From Candidatus Nomurabacteria bacterium (GTDB taxonomy: Bacteria > Patescibacteriota > Minisyncoccia > Phycocordibacterales > UBA9973), in NCBI GenBank assembly GCA_023267275.1, contig JAHFNO010000004.1:1-63561 (forward strand): a DNA stretch of 63,561 bases, in the 5' to 3' direction. The notes beneath the pieces are model-generated. The model did not search any database. It saw only the letters and a list, made by a program, of their open reading frames with translations, and had not been told where the DNA came from. This document shows positions 47,978 through 55,717 of the stretch, piece after piece (the first letter of the stretch is position 1; every line of letters starts with the position of its first letter). The position numbers and the translations under genes are program-made.

Positions 47978-49726
47978 ATGACACCCGAACAACTACACAA
48001 TATTCGCCATACGCTTGCCCACCTTTTGGCACAAGCCGTAAAAGCTCAATTTCCTAGTGCAAAACTCACTCTTGGACCCGCAATCGATAATGGTTTTTAC
48101 TACGATATCGATTTTGGAGGTGAAAAAATCGGCGATGAAAATTTGAAAGATTTGCAGACATTCATGCGCAAAAATCTCTCAAAATGGACTGCATTTACCA
48201 GCCGAGAGGTTTCAGTAGATGAGGCAAAAGAAGTCTTTGCCGGCAATGAATACAAACTCGAACTTATCGCAGAAATCGCAGCGCGCGGAGAAAAAATTAC
48301 TCTCTACTCATGTGGTGGTTTTGAAGATCTTTGTCGTGGCGGACACGCAGAAAGTCCTGCAACAGAAATTTCGGCTGATGCATTCAAACTCGATCGCGTA
48401 GCTGGCGCATACTGGCGTGGTGATGAGAAAAATAAAATGCTTACTCGTATTTACGGACTCGCCTTTGCCACAAAAGAAGATCTCGATGCGTATCTCACAC
48501 AGCAAGAAGAAGCCAAGAAACGTGATCACCGCAAACTCGGTAAAGAACTCGAACTCTTCACTGTTATCGATGAAATCGGTGCGGGCTTGCCACTCTTTTA
48601 CCCAAACGGCACAATCATTCGCCGAACAATCGAAAACTTCATCCAAAAAATTCAAGAAAAGCGCGACTTCGTGCCTATCTGGATTCCTCACATTACAAAA
48701 GGAAAACTCTATGAGATTTCTGGTCACCTCGATAAATACGATGCAATGTATTCGCCAATGCGCGTAGACGAGGATGATTACTATTTGAAACCAATGAACT
48801 GTCCGCATTTTATGATGCTCTACCGTTCACTTCCCCATTCATACCGTGATCTTCCTGTCCGCTATACGTGCACAACAACCAACTATCGCTACGAAAAATC
48901 TGGTGAACTTTCTGGACTCACTCGCGTGCGTGCGCTTACTCAAGACGACTGTCATGTATTCTGTGAAGCAGAAAAAATCCATGATGAGATTCAAGTGATG
49001 CTTGAAATGATTGGCGAGCTTTACAATACATTTGGTCTTACCGATTTTTATGTTCGTATTTCACTTCGTGATTCACAGAATAAATCAAAATATCTCGGTA
49101 CTGATGCGGTTTGGGAAACAGCCGAAAATGCATTGCGTGACATCGTGAAAAAAACTGGTTGGAATTACAAAGAAGCTGAAGACGAGGCAGCATTTTACGG
49201 ACCAAAGCTCGACTTCATGTTCAAGGATGCAATCGGTCGCGAGTGGCAACTCTCTACGATTCAGCTCGATTTCAATCTTCCAGAGCGTTTTGAACTCGAC
49301 TACACAAACAATCAGGGTACCAAGAGTCGTCCTGTGGTGATTCACCGTGCAATGCTTGGATCGGTAGAACGATTTATGGGAATCATGATCGAACACTTCG
49401 CTGGAGCGTTTCCCGTATGGCTCTCACCTACACAAGTGACAGTGGTACCAGTCATGGAAAACCAAGCTGAATATGCAGAATCTATTTTCAAAGTACTCAA
49501 AGAAAAAGGTATCCGCGTAAAACTCGACGCAAGCAACGACTCTCTCGGCAAACGCATCCGCGCAGCCAAAACAATGAAAGTGCCGTACGTAATCGTCGTG
49601 GGAGACAAAGAAAAAGATTCGCAAACACTCACCATCGAAACTCGTGGCGAAAAGATTGAAGGAATTACACTTGCAGACTTTACAAATCGCTTGCAAAAGG
49701 AGATAGTAGAAAAAACACTAAACTAA
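47978..49726 (+). CDS. thrS: Threonyl-tRNA synthetase
   Basis: RHTLAHLLAQA, DLCRGGH, KPMNCP, YGPKLD, IHRAMLGSVERF. Confidence 0.97.
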   Translation: MTPEQLHNIRHTLAHLLAQAVKAQFPSAKLTLGPAIDNGFYYDIDFGGEKIGDENLKDLQTFMRKNLSKWTAFTSREVSVDEAKEVFAGNEYKLELIAEIAARGEKITLYSCGGFEDLCRGGHAESPATEISADAFKLDRVAGAYWRGDEKNKMLTRIYGLAFATKEDLDAYLTQQEEAKKRDHRKLGKELELFTVIDEIGAGLPLFYPNGTIIRRTIENFIQKIQEKRDFVPIWIPHITKGKLYEISGHLDKYDAMYSPMRVDEDDYYLKPMNCPHFMMLYRSLPHSYRDLPVRYTCTTTNYRYEKSGELSGLTRVRALTQDDCHVFCEAEKIHDEIQVMLEMIGELYNTFGLTDFYVRISLRDSQNKSKYLGTDAVWETAENALRDIVKKTGWNYKEAEDEAAFYGPKLDFMFKDAIGREWQLSTIQLDFNLPERFELDYTNNQGTKSRPVVIHRAMLGSVERFMGIMIEHFAGAFPVWLSPTQVTVVPVMENQAEYAESIFKVLKEKGIRVKLDASNDSLGKRIRAAKTMKVPYVIVVGDKEKDSQTLTIETRGEKIEGITLADFTNRLQKEIVEKTLN

Positions 49727-49732
49727 GCTCTT

Positions 49733-50266
49733 ATGAAAATAGTAATAGCCTCAAAAAGCCCTGTAAAAGAAGCTGCTGTCCACAATGGAGTGAAAGCTCT
49801 TTTTCCAAAACAGGAATGTATTTTTGAATGCGTAAATGCAAACTCAGGTGTCAGCGCTCAACCACAAAATTATGATGAAATGATTGCTGGTGCGATTGGC
49901 AGAATTGGTCATTCAAAAGAACTCATTCCAGATGCAGATATCTGGATTGCACTCGAAGGAGGAATTGAAAAAATTGATGGAAATTTTTATTGTTCTGGCT
50001 GGGTCATTGCCGAAAACAAGACTGGCGACCGTTGTGGACGTGGAAGAACTTTTTCATTTGTCATTCCACAGAAAGTCGTCGATCTAATGATTGAGGAAGG
50101 TCTTGAACAAAGTCATGCGACAGATAAAGCCTTTCAAATCACAGGTACAAAAACCGGAAATGGATTGATTGGACCACTCACCAACAATGCACTCACGTAT
50201 ACCGATTGGTACACACCCGCTGTAATTAGCGCCCTCCTGCCATTTTTAAACAAGGAATTGTATTAA
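49733..50266 (+). CDS. yjjX: Non-canonical purine NTPase (inosine/xanthosine triphosphatase, YjjX/DUF84)
   Basis: ASKSPVK, SGVSAQP, GAIGR, ALEGGI, GLIGPLT. Confidence 0.8.
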   Translation: MKIVIASKSPVKEAAVHNGVKALFPKQECIFECVNANSGVSAQPQNYDEMIAGAIGRIGHSKELIPDADIWIALEGGIEKIDGNFYCSGWVIAENKTGDRCGRGRTFSFVIPQKVVDLMIEEGLEQSHATDKAFQITGTKTGNGLIGPLTNNALTYTDWYTPAVISALLPFLNKELY

Positions 50267-50366
50267 TAACCGCCGTTGCATTGGCGATTATTTTTTGCGC
50301 GTTTGACTTTTGTTTCAAATATTGTAATATTCATCTATATTTTTTGCTCCTTAAAAATTATAGAAA

Positions 50367-51002
50367 ATGATAAAAAAGCTATTGTTTCCGAAGATAGTGA
50401 CCGTAAATGGCCAAAGCGGATCAGGAAAAAATACACTGATAAAAATGCTTATGGAAATATTGGAAGAATATGAATTATCGTATGCAATAATTTCTACCGG
50501 AGATTGCATCAGAGATTATATCGAATCCAATATGGCATATTCCGAAGACATACGCCTCATCAATGACTTGGGTAAACTCACTCCTGATTTCATCGCCGAA
50601 GCTTTTGTTCTTAGAAGAATTCTTAATTTGGCTAAAAAAGTGGATGTTATTATTCTGAACGGAGGCCCTCGCAGGGTAAAAGACGCCGACCGACTCTTTA
50701 TTTGGAAAAAATCTGGATTTTTTGGCGGAGCAATAAAAACCATAGAAGTAATTTCTCCATACGATCTGTGTTTTAATCGTTTGATCGAGCGCACAAAAGA
50801 AGACTGCCGCCTTGATCTCAGCATTGATGGACAACCAGGTGTGCCAGACCCGAAAAAAATCAAAAGAAAAATGGCCTGGTGGACCAGAGCGGAAAGCAAA
50901 ATCAGACAAAAACTAATACAACATGATTTGTATCTCACTCCCGTATACAATAATGGAAAACTGGAACAATTAAAGGACAATTTATATAAATTATTTGCAT
51001 AA
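50367..51002 (+). CDS. Adenylate-kinase-like nucleoside monophosphate kinase (divergent)
   Basis: GQSGSGKNT, ISTGDCIR, GKLTPD, ILNGGPRR. Confidence 0.75.
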   Translation: MIKKLLFPKIVTVNGQSGSGKNTLIKMLMEILEEYELSYAIISTGDCIRDYIESNMAYSEDIRLINDLGKLTPDFIAEAFVLRRILNLAKKVDVIILNGGPRRVKDADRLFIWKKSGFFGGAIKTIEVISPYDLCFNRLIERTKEDCRLDLSIDGQPGVPDPKKIKRKMAWWTRAESKIRQKLIQHDLYLTPVYNNGKLEQLKDNLYKLFA

Positions 51003-51039
51003 TAATACCTAACAAAACTGCAACCCGAAAGGATTGCAG

Positions 51040-51105
51040 TTTTTTCATTCCCTCTTTTCTTGTTTCATCTTACTTTTTAAGTTTCGACCGAAACTTAAAA
51101 AGTTT
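51040..51105. repeat. Palindrome-containing repeat upstream of the PaaX-like gene (overlaps its promoter)
   Basis: actttttaagtttcg-ac-cgaaacttaaaaagt (51072-51103), followed by the TGtTATACT -10. Confidence 0.85.
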
Positions 51106-51124
51106 ATGTTATACTTTCTACAGT

Positions 51125-51685
51125 ATGTCTGCTTCTTATAAAGGCTACCGTGTTGGCTCTATAGAAAAAGGATTATTACAATTGCTTCTTGGGGTCAAAA
51201 ATAAAGAGCTCCCCTATCAGGGAAAATTTGAATCCTCATACCGAGATATTTTTACATCCGCACGACAAAAAGCAGGATTTTCTTTAACATTTCGAAAACT
51301 AAAAGAGAAAGATTTAATTCAATTCCAAAATAGAGATGGATGCCTTACTGCCTCACTAACCAAAAAAGGAGAAAAATTTGTTGAGGAAAATATATTTGAA
51401 AAAGCAGAACAACAATCACCGAAAAAATGGGATGGAAAATGGCGAGTAGTTATTTTTGATATTCCTGAAAAAAGACGGGTTGCCCGCACTATGCTTCGAT
51501 CCCGACTGAAAAAATACGGATTCCGGCAGGTACAAGCAAGTGTATGGGCATATCCATTTCCTTGTGAAAGTATCGTCACACTTATTAAAACGTATTTCAA
51601 GCTTGGAGATGAAGTACTCTATCTCATTGTTGAATCACTTGAGGGAGACAGCCAGCTCCGATCAAAATTCAAACTGCCAGATTAA
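51125..51685 (+). CDS. PaaX-like protein (wHTH + Cas2-like ferredoxin domain)
   Basis: LTKKGEK, KKWDGKWRVVIFDIPEKRR..R..LKKYGF..QASVW..P. Confidence 0.8.
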   Translation: MSASYKGYRVGSIEKGLLQLLLGVKNKELPYQGKFESSYRDIFTSARQKAGFSLTFRKLKEKDLIQFQNRDGCLTASLTKKGEKFVEENIFEKAEQQSPKKWDGKWRVVIFDIPEKRRVARTMLRSRLKKYGFRQVQASVWAYPFPCESIVTLIKTYFKLGDEVLYLIVESLEGDSQLRSKFKLPD

Positions 51686-51704
51686 AAATTTTTAATTCAG
51701 AATA

Positions 51705-51758
51705 TTTTCCTTATTACTTTTTAAGTTTCGGCCGAAACTTAAAAAGTAATAAGGAAAA
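51705..51758. repeat. 54-bp perfect palindrome downstream of the PaaX-like gene
   Basis: ttttccttattactttttaagtttcggccgaaacttaaaaagtaataaggaaaa. Confidence 0.92.
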
Positions 51759-51770
51759 ATCTAGAAATGC

Positions 51771-52009
51771 TTAGCTGATGTTCTTCTTTATATTAATGAG
51801 AGAGAATATAGCGATACAAGCCCAAATTATTTGTAAGGCAAGGGATAAGCCAAGCATGTTGATAGAGAACATTTGCCCCTACTCCTATTGCTCCAAATAA
51901 ATTGATACACTTTACTTGTGCTGCTTACGCGTTTTGTTGAAACGAGGAAATAAGCAATAACAATAAGAAATGTGCCAATCCAACCAATACTATTAGTGAG
52001 TAATTCCAT
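51771..52009 (-). pseudogene. Small 3-TM membrane protein (CBU_0592/PQ-loop-like) with two frameshifts
   Basis: IGWIGTFLIVIAYFL..YQ / NLFGAIGVGANVLYQHAW / SLALQIIWACIAIFSL in shifted frames. Confidence 0.6.
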
Positions 52010-52071
52010 GCTTTATATTGTACATTAACTATAGTAGAACTTCCACAGACGCACACTATTCTAGACGCGAA

Positions 52072-52134
52072 TTTTTTCATTCCACCTTTTCTTGCATCAT
52101 CTTACTTTTTAAATTTTGACAAAAGTTAAATGGT
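52072..52134. repeat. Degenerate direct repeat of 51040-51103
   Basis: ttttttcattccaccttttcttgcatcatcttactttttaaattttgacaaaagttaaatggt. Confidence 0.75.
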
Positions 52135-52154
52135 AAAATAAATAATTTTTCAGG

Positions 52155-52616
52155 TTATGAATGCAAAAATTCAACTTCAAGACCGAGACGTTGTGCTTGT
52201 TCGTATTCCCATCGTGCACCTGTTGACGATTGCCAGTCGGGCAGAAAATATAATTTTTTAATAAAACCTGACTCAAACAATGGAAGATAAAAATCAGTAA
52301 GAAGAGTGGTCGCATATACATTTGGTGGAAATGCATTTTTTACTCGTTGCATTGGTTCTTCAAACGGCATCTGATCAAAAATATGTTTTCCTTCTGACTG
52401 GAGCAGAACAATTGTTTCATTAAAGGCAATAAGATTTTCAAGTATTGAACCTCTTCCACCAGTACTAATAGGTCCACACACCTGACCTACTGGTTGTGGC
52501 ATTCGTTTAAGTACACGAAAGCCAACAGCAAACATCTGCTCAACTGTTTCCGCTTGTTCAAGATTAAGCAAATCTTTTTCTTCCCAATATTGTCGTGTGT
52601 GATTATTCAATTCCAT
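52155..52616 (-). CDS. DUF4406/nucleoside deoxyribosyltransferase-like protein
   Basis: VCGPISTGG..NLIAF..LYFLPDWQSSTGARWEYEQA. Confidence 0.65.
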   Translation of the reverse strand: MELNNHTRQYWEEKDLLNLEQAETVEQMFAVGFRVLKRMPQPVGQVCGPISTGGRGSILENLIAFNETIVLLQSEGKHIFDQMPFEEPMQRVKNAFPPNVYATTLLTDFYLPLFESGFIKKLYFLPDWQSSTGARWEYEQAQRLGLEVEFLHS

Positions 52617-53046
52617 ATGCATGTTTTATTGTAAAATCTTCATGGAGAACAAGTGGTAATTGTAACGATTCGGTCGGTGTCACCCAAATAAGATCAGTGT
52701 GTTCTGCCTCCCGGAGGACAACTTCCGGCTTTTCATCAAGTACGTATCGATATTTTGTATACACAAAATATTTTTCATTTGGGTGAATCACATAAAAAAC
52801 TCCAACTTGCTGGAGTTTTTTATCATCAAGAATAATCCTTGTTTCTTCAAACACTTCTCGCACTATTGCTTGCACAATATTCCCTGCCTCGTGTGGGTCC
52901 ACTTTTCCGCCAGGGGCTCCCCACACACCACTCTCTGGTTTATTTGTCGTTCGTTTTAGAAAAAGAATTTTTCCTTCATGCTCAAGAAAACAACCGACTA
53001 CCTGGAGCACATTTTCAAAGTCATCAGTTTTTTCGAGTGTAATCAT
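52603..53046 (-). CDS. NUDIX hydrolase
   Basis: WGAPGGKVD..AIVREVFEET; EHTDLIWV. Confidence 0.85.
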   Translation of the reverse strand: MITLEKTDDFENVLQVVGCFLEHEGKILFLKRTTNKPESGVWGAPGGKVDPHEAGNIVQAIVREVFEETRIILDDKKLQQVGVFYVIHPNEKYFVYTKYRYVLDEKPEVVLREAEHTDLIWVTPTESLQLPLVLHEDFTIKHAYGIE

Positions 53047-53054
53047 TTCAGATT

Positions 53055-53477
53055 TTATATCTTTCCCATTCTTTTATTATATTCATAGTCCAATCTTTTA
53101 CTTTCAACAAAATCAAGTGCTTTACCGATACGAGCCTTAGAATCTTCATCACCGAATTGCCATGCCTCACCACGCTTGGCATTAATAGTCTGTATATATT
53201 CCATATATTTTCTCTTGTCATGAATATTGGCCAAAACTTCCTGTTCAGTAAAACCAAATCCCGCTTTTAAAAAAATATCATTCGGTACTGATGCTTGCTC
53301 AAAAAAATTTTCCTTGATTGAACTTATATCTGTACCTTCTTTATACAAAGTTCCCTGGTTACTTGCAGTTTTTTCTCGGTCATCATTTGCAGTTGGAAGT
53401 CGTAAATCACGCAAACTCTGGAGTTGTTTATTATTCTGCTCTTCGTTATTTTGTGGTAGAAAATCCAATCGTTCCAT
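53055..53477 (-). CDS. Hypothetical protein
   Basis: ATG at 53477 just after the gyrB stop; 140 aa. Confidence 0.55.
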   Translation of the reverse strand: MERLDFLPQNNEEQNNKQLQSLRDLRLPTANDDREKTASNQGTLYKEGTDISSIKENFFEQASVPNDIFLKAGFGFTEQEVLANIHDKRKYMEYIQTINAKRGEAWQFGDEDSKARIGKALDFVESKRLDYEYNKRMGKI

Positions 53478-53490
53478 GTATAATTTCCGA

Positions 53491-55551
53491 TTAGATATCA
53501 ATATCGGCGGTGTGTGCGTAGGTTTGGATAAATGACTTACGTGGAGCAACATCGCTTCCCATGAGCATATCAAACACACGATCAGCTTCGGCTGCATCAT
53601 CAATAGCTACTTGCTTGAGAATACGACGAGCTGGGTCCATAGTTGTTTCCCAAAGTTCCTCAGCGTTCATTTCTCCAAGACCTTTGTATCGCTGAATGTG
53701 CATCTTTGGAGCTTTTTTTACAGCACCTTTTTCTTCTACTTCTTCCTCATCTCCTTCTTGCTCCCCTGCGCCATCAGCTTCTGCACGAGCAATCATTTCG
53801 TCGAGGTCTTCGTTTTGCACGCCAGTGATTTTCAATTTGTCTTCGTCTGAATAACAATAAAATACTTCTTTACCTTTTTTGATTTTGTAGAGTGGTGGCT
53901 GGGCGATATAAATAAATCCTCCATCGATCAGCGGTCGGAAGTAACGATAGAAAAGTGTGAGGATAAGCGTACGAATGTGCGCTCCGTCCACGTCCGCATC
54001 TGTTGCGATAATGATTTTGTGATAACGCAATTTTGAAATATCAAATGTGTCGCCGATCGCTGTTCCCATTGCAACCACGAGATTGCGAATCTGTTCAGAA
54101 GCAAGCATCTTGTCGAGACGCGCACGTTCGATGTTGAGGATTTTTCCACGAAGCGGAAGAATCGCCTGCGTGCGACGATCGCGTCCAGTCTTTGCCGTAC
54201 CTCCCGCGGAATCTCCCTCCACAATGAACACTTCGGCTTCTTCGGCACTGCGAGTCTGACAGTCGGCGAGTTTTCCTGGAAGCGTCATGCCTTCCATTGC
54301 TCCCTTGCGAAGTACTGAATCTTTCGCAGCCTTTGCAGCTTTACGTGCGCGAACAGCAAGGATTACTTTGTTGACGATAGCCTTTGCATCTTCTGGGTGT
54401 TCTTCGAGGAATGCTGCGAATGACTCTCCAAAGACCGTAGCAACGGCTCCTTGGGCTTCAGGCGAGCCAAGTTTTCCTTTGGTCTGACCTTCGAATTGAA
54501 TTTCACGAAGCATTACAGACACAACCACAGTGAGACCTTCAAGTACGTCGTCACCAGTAAATGCGCCGTCAGATTCTTTGATGTATCCTTCTTTTTTCGC
54601 ATAACTGTTGAGTGTACGAGTGAGTGCCATCTTAAATCCAGTGATGTGTGTTCCACCTTCTGGGTTGTAAATATTGTTTGCATACGCAACAATTTTTGAA
54701 GACATGTCGTCGGTATATTGCAATGCGAGTTCAACAGTGACGTTATCTTGTTCTTTTTGAATGTAGTAGATGTTGTCGTGAATCGGTTTTTGAGAAAGGT
54801 TGTAATATTTTACGAGAGAAACAAGACCTCCTTCGAAGAAAAATGAGTACGATGGCAAATCGATTTCCAAATCGGAGAACCAAAATGTATCTTCGAGTTT
54901 CAATTTGCCTTCGTAGCCACGCGCGTCGATACAGCGAATACGCAACCCTTTTACAAGGTATGCTTGTCCACGGAAATGGTTGACGATTGTCTCCCATACA
55001 AACTGCAAATCTTTAAAAATCTCTACATCTGGTTCAAATATAGTAATAGTTCCATGCAATTTTGAAGTACCAATTTTTTTGACAGCAGCTTTTTTCTTTC
55101 CTTGAGAATATTCCTGCATGTGAATACCACCATCGCGATGAACCACGACGTTTGTATAGATAGAAAGTGCATTTACTACTGAAGCTCCCACGCCGTGCAA
55201 TCCTCCAGAAAATTTATATCCTTCTCCGCCAAATTTTCCTCCGGCATGGAGTGTGGTCATAACCGTTTCCAATGCAGACACTTTTGTTTTTGAGTGAACG
55301 TCTACTGGAATACCGCGACCATTGTCGGCGATGCGAATACGATTGCCAGGCAAAAGCACAGCCTCGATTTCATTACAAAAACCACCCATGGCTTCATCGC
55401 GTGAGTTGTCGAAAATTTCCCACACCAAGTGGTGCAAGCCTTCGATGCCTGTTCCTCCGATATACATTCCCGGTCGCTTTCGAACTGGTTCGAGCCCTTC
55501 AAGAACTGAAATATCATCTGCTCCGTATGATCCTGCTTTTTTGTCCGCCAT
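53491..55551 (-). CDS. gyrB: DNA gyrase subunit B
   Basis: VRKRPGMYIG, GGLHGVG, EGDSAGG, PLRGKILN, TDADVDG, QRYKGLGEMN. Confidence 0.96.
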   Translation of the reverse strand: MADKKAGSYGADDISVLEGLEPVRKRPGMYIGGTGIEGLHHLVWEIFDNSRDEAMGGFCNEIEAVLLPGNRIRIADNGRGIPVDVHSKTKVSALETVMTTLHAGGKFGGEGYKFSGGLHGVGASVVNALSIYTNVVVHRDGGIHMQEYSQGKKKAAVKKIGTSKLHGTITIFEPDVEIFKDLQFVWETIVNHFRGQAYLVKGLRIRCIDARGYEGKLKLEDTFWFSDLEIDLPSYSFFFEGGLVSLVKYYNLSQKPIHDNIYYIQKEQDNVTVELALQYTDDMSSKIVAYANNIYNPEGGTHITGFKMALTRTLNSYAKKEGYIKESDGAFTGDDVLEGLTVVVSVMLREIQFEGQTKGKLGSPEAQGAVATVFGESFAAFLEEHPEDAKAIVNKVILAVRARKAAKAAKDSVLRKGAMEGMTLPGKLADCQTRSAEEAEVFIVEGDSAGGTAKTGRDRRTQAILPLRGKILNIERARLDKMLASEQIRNLVVAMGTAIGDTFDISKLRYHKIIIATDADVDGAHIRTLILTLFYRYFRPLIDGGFIYIAQPPLYKIKKGKEVFYCYSDEDKLKITGVQNEDLDEMIARAEADGAGEQEGDEEEVEEKGAVKKAPKMHIQRYKGLGEMNAEELWETTMDPARRILKQVAIDDAAEADRVFDMLMGSDVAPRKSFIQTYAHTADIDI

Positions 55552-55717
55552 GTGGTGTAATAATGATTAAATAATCCTTATTTCGTAAGGTCTAAATGTT
55601 GTTTTTATGCGTAGAGTATAGCATATTTTTTTGCAAAATACGAGAGGTTTTCAGGGTCTATTTATACACAGAAAAACGAGCGAGGGGCTACGCCCATCGC
55701 TCGTTTTTCATCCGTTA

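Noticed and set aside
51040..52134. CRISPR-Cas locus (Cas2-like protein with 36-bp repeats)
   Set aside because: The repeats are dispersed, with no regular repeat-spacer array and no cas1 or effector genes.
53710..53830. Acidic insertion in GyrB as a mobile repeat or intein
   Set aside because: Low-complexity Glu-rich linker with no DNA symmetry or intein motifs.
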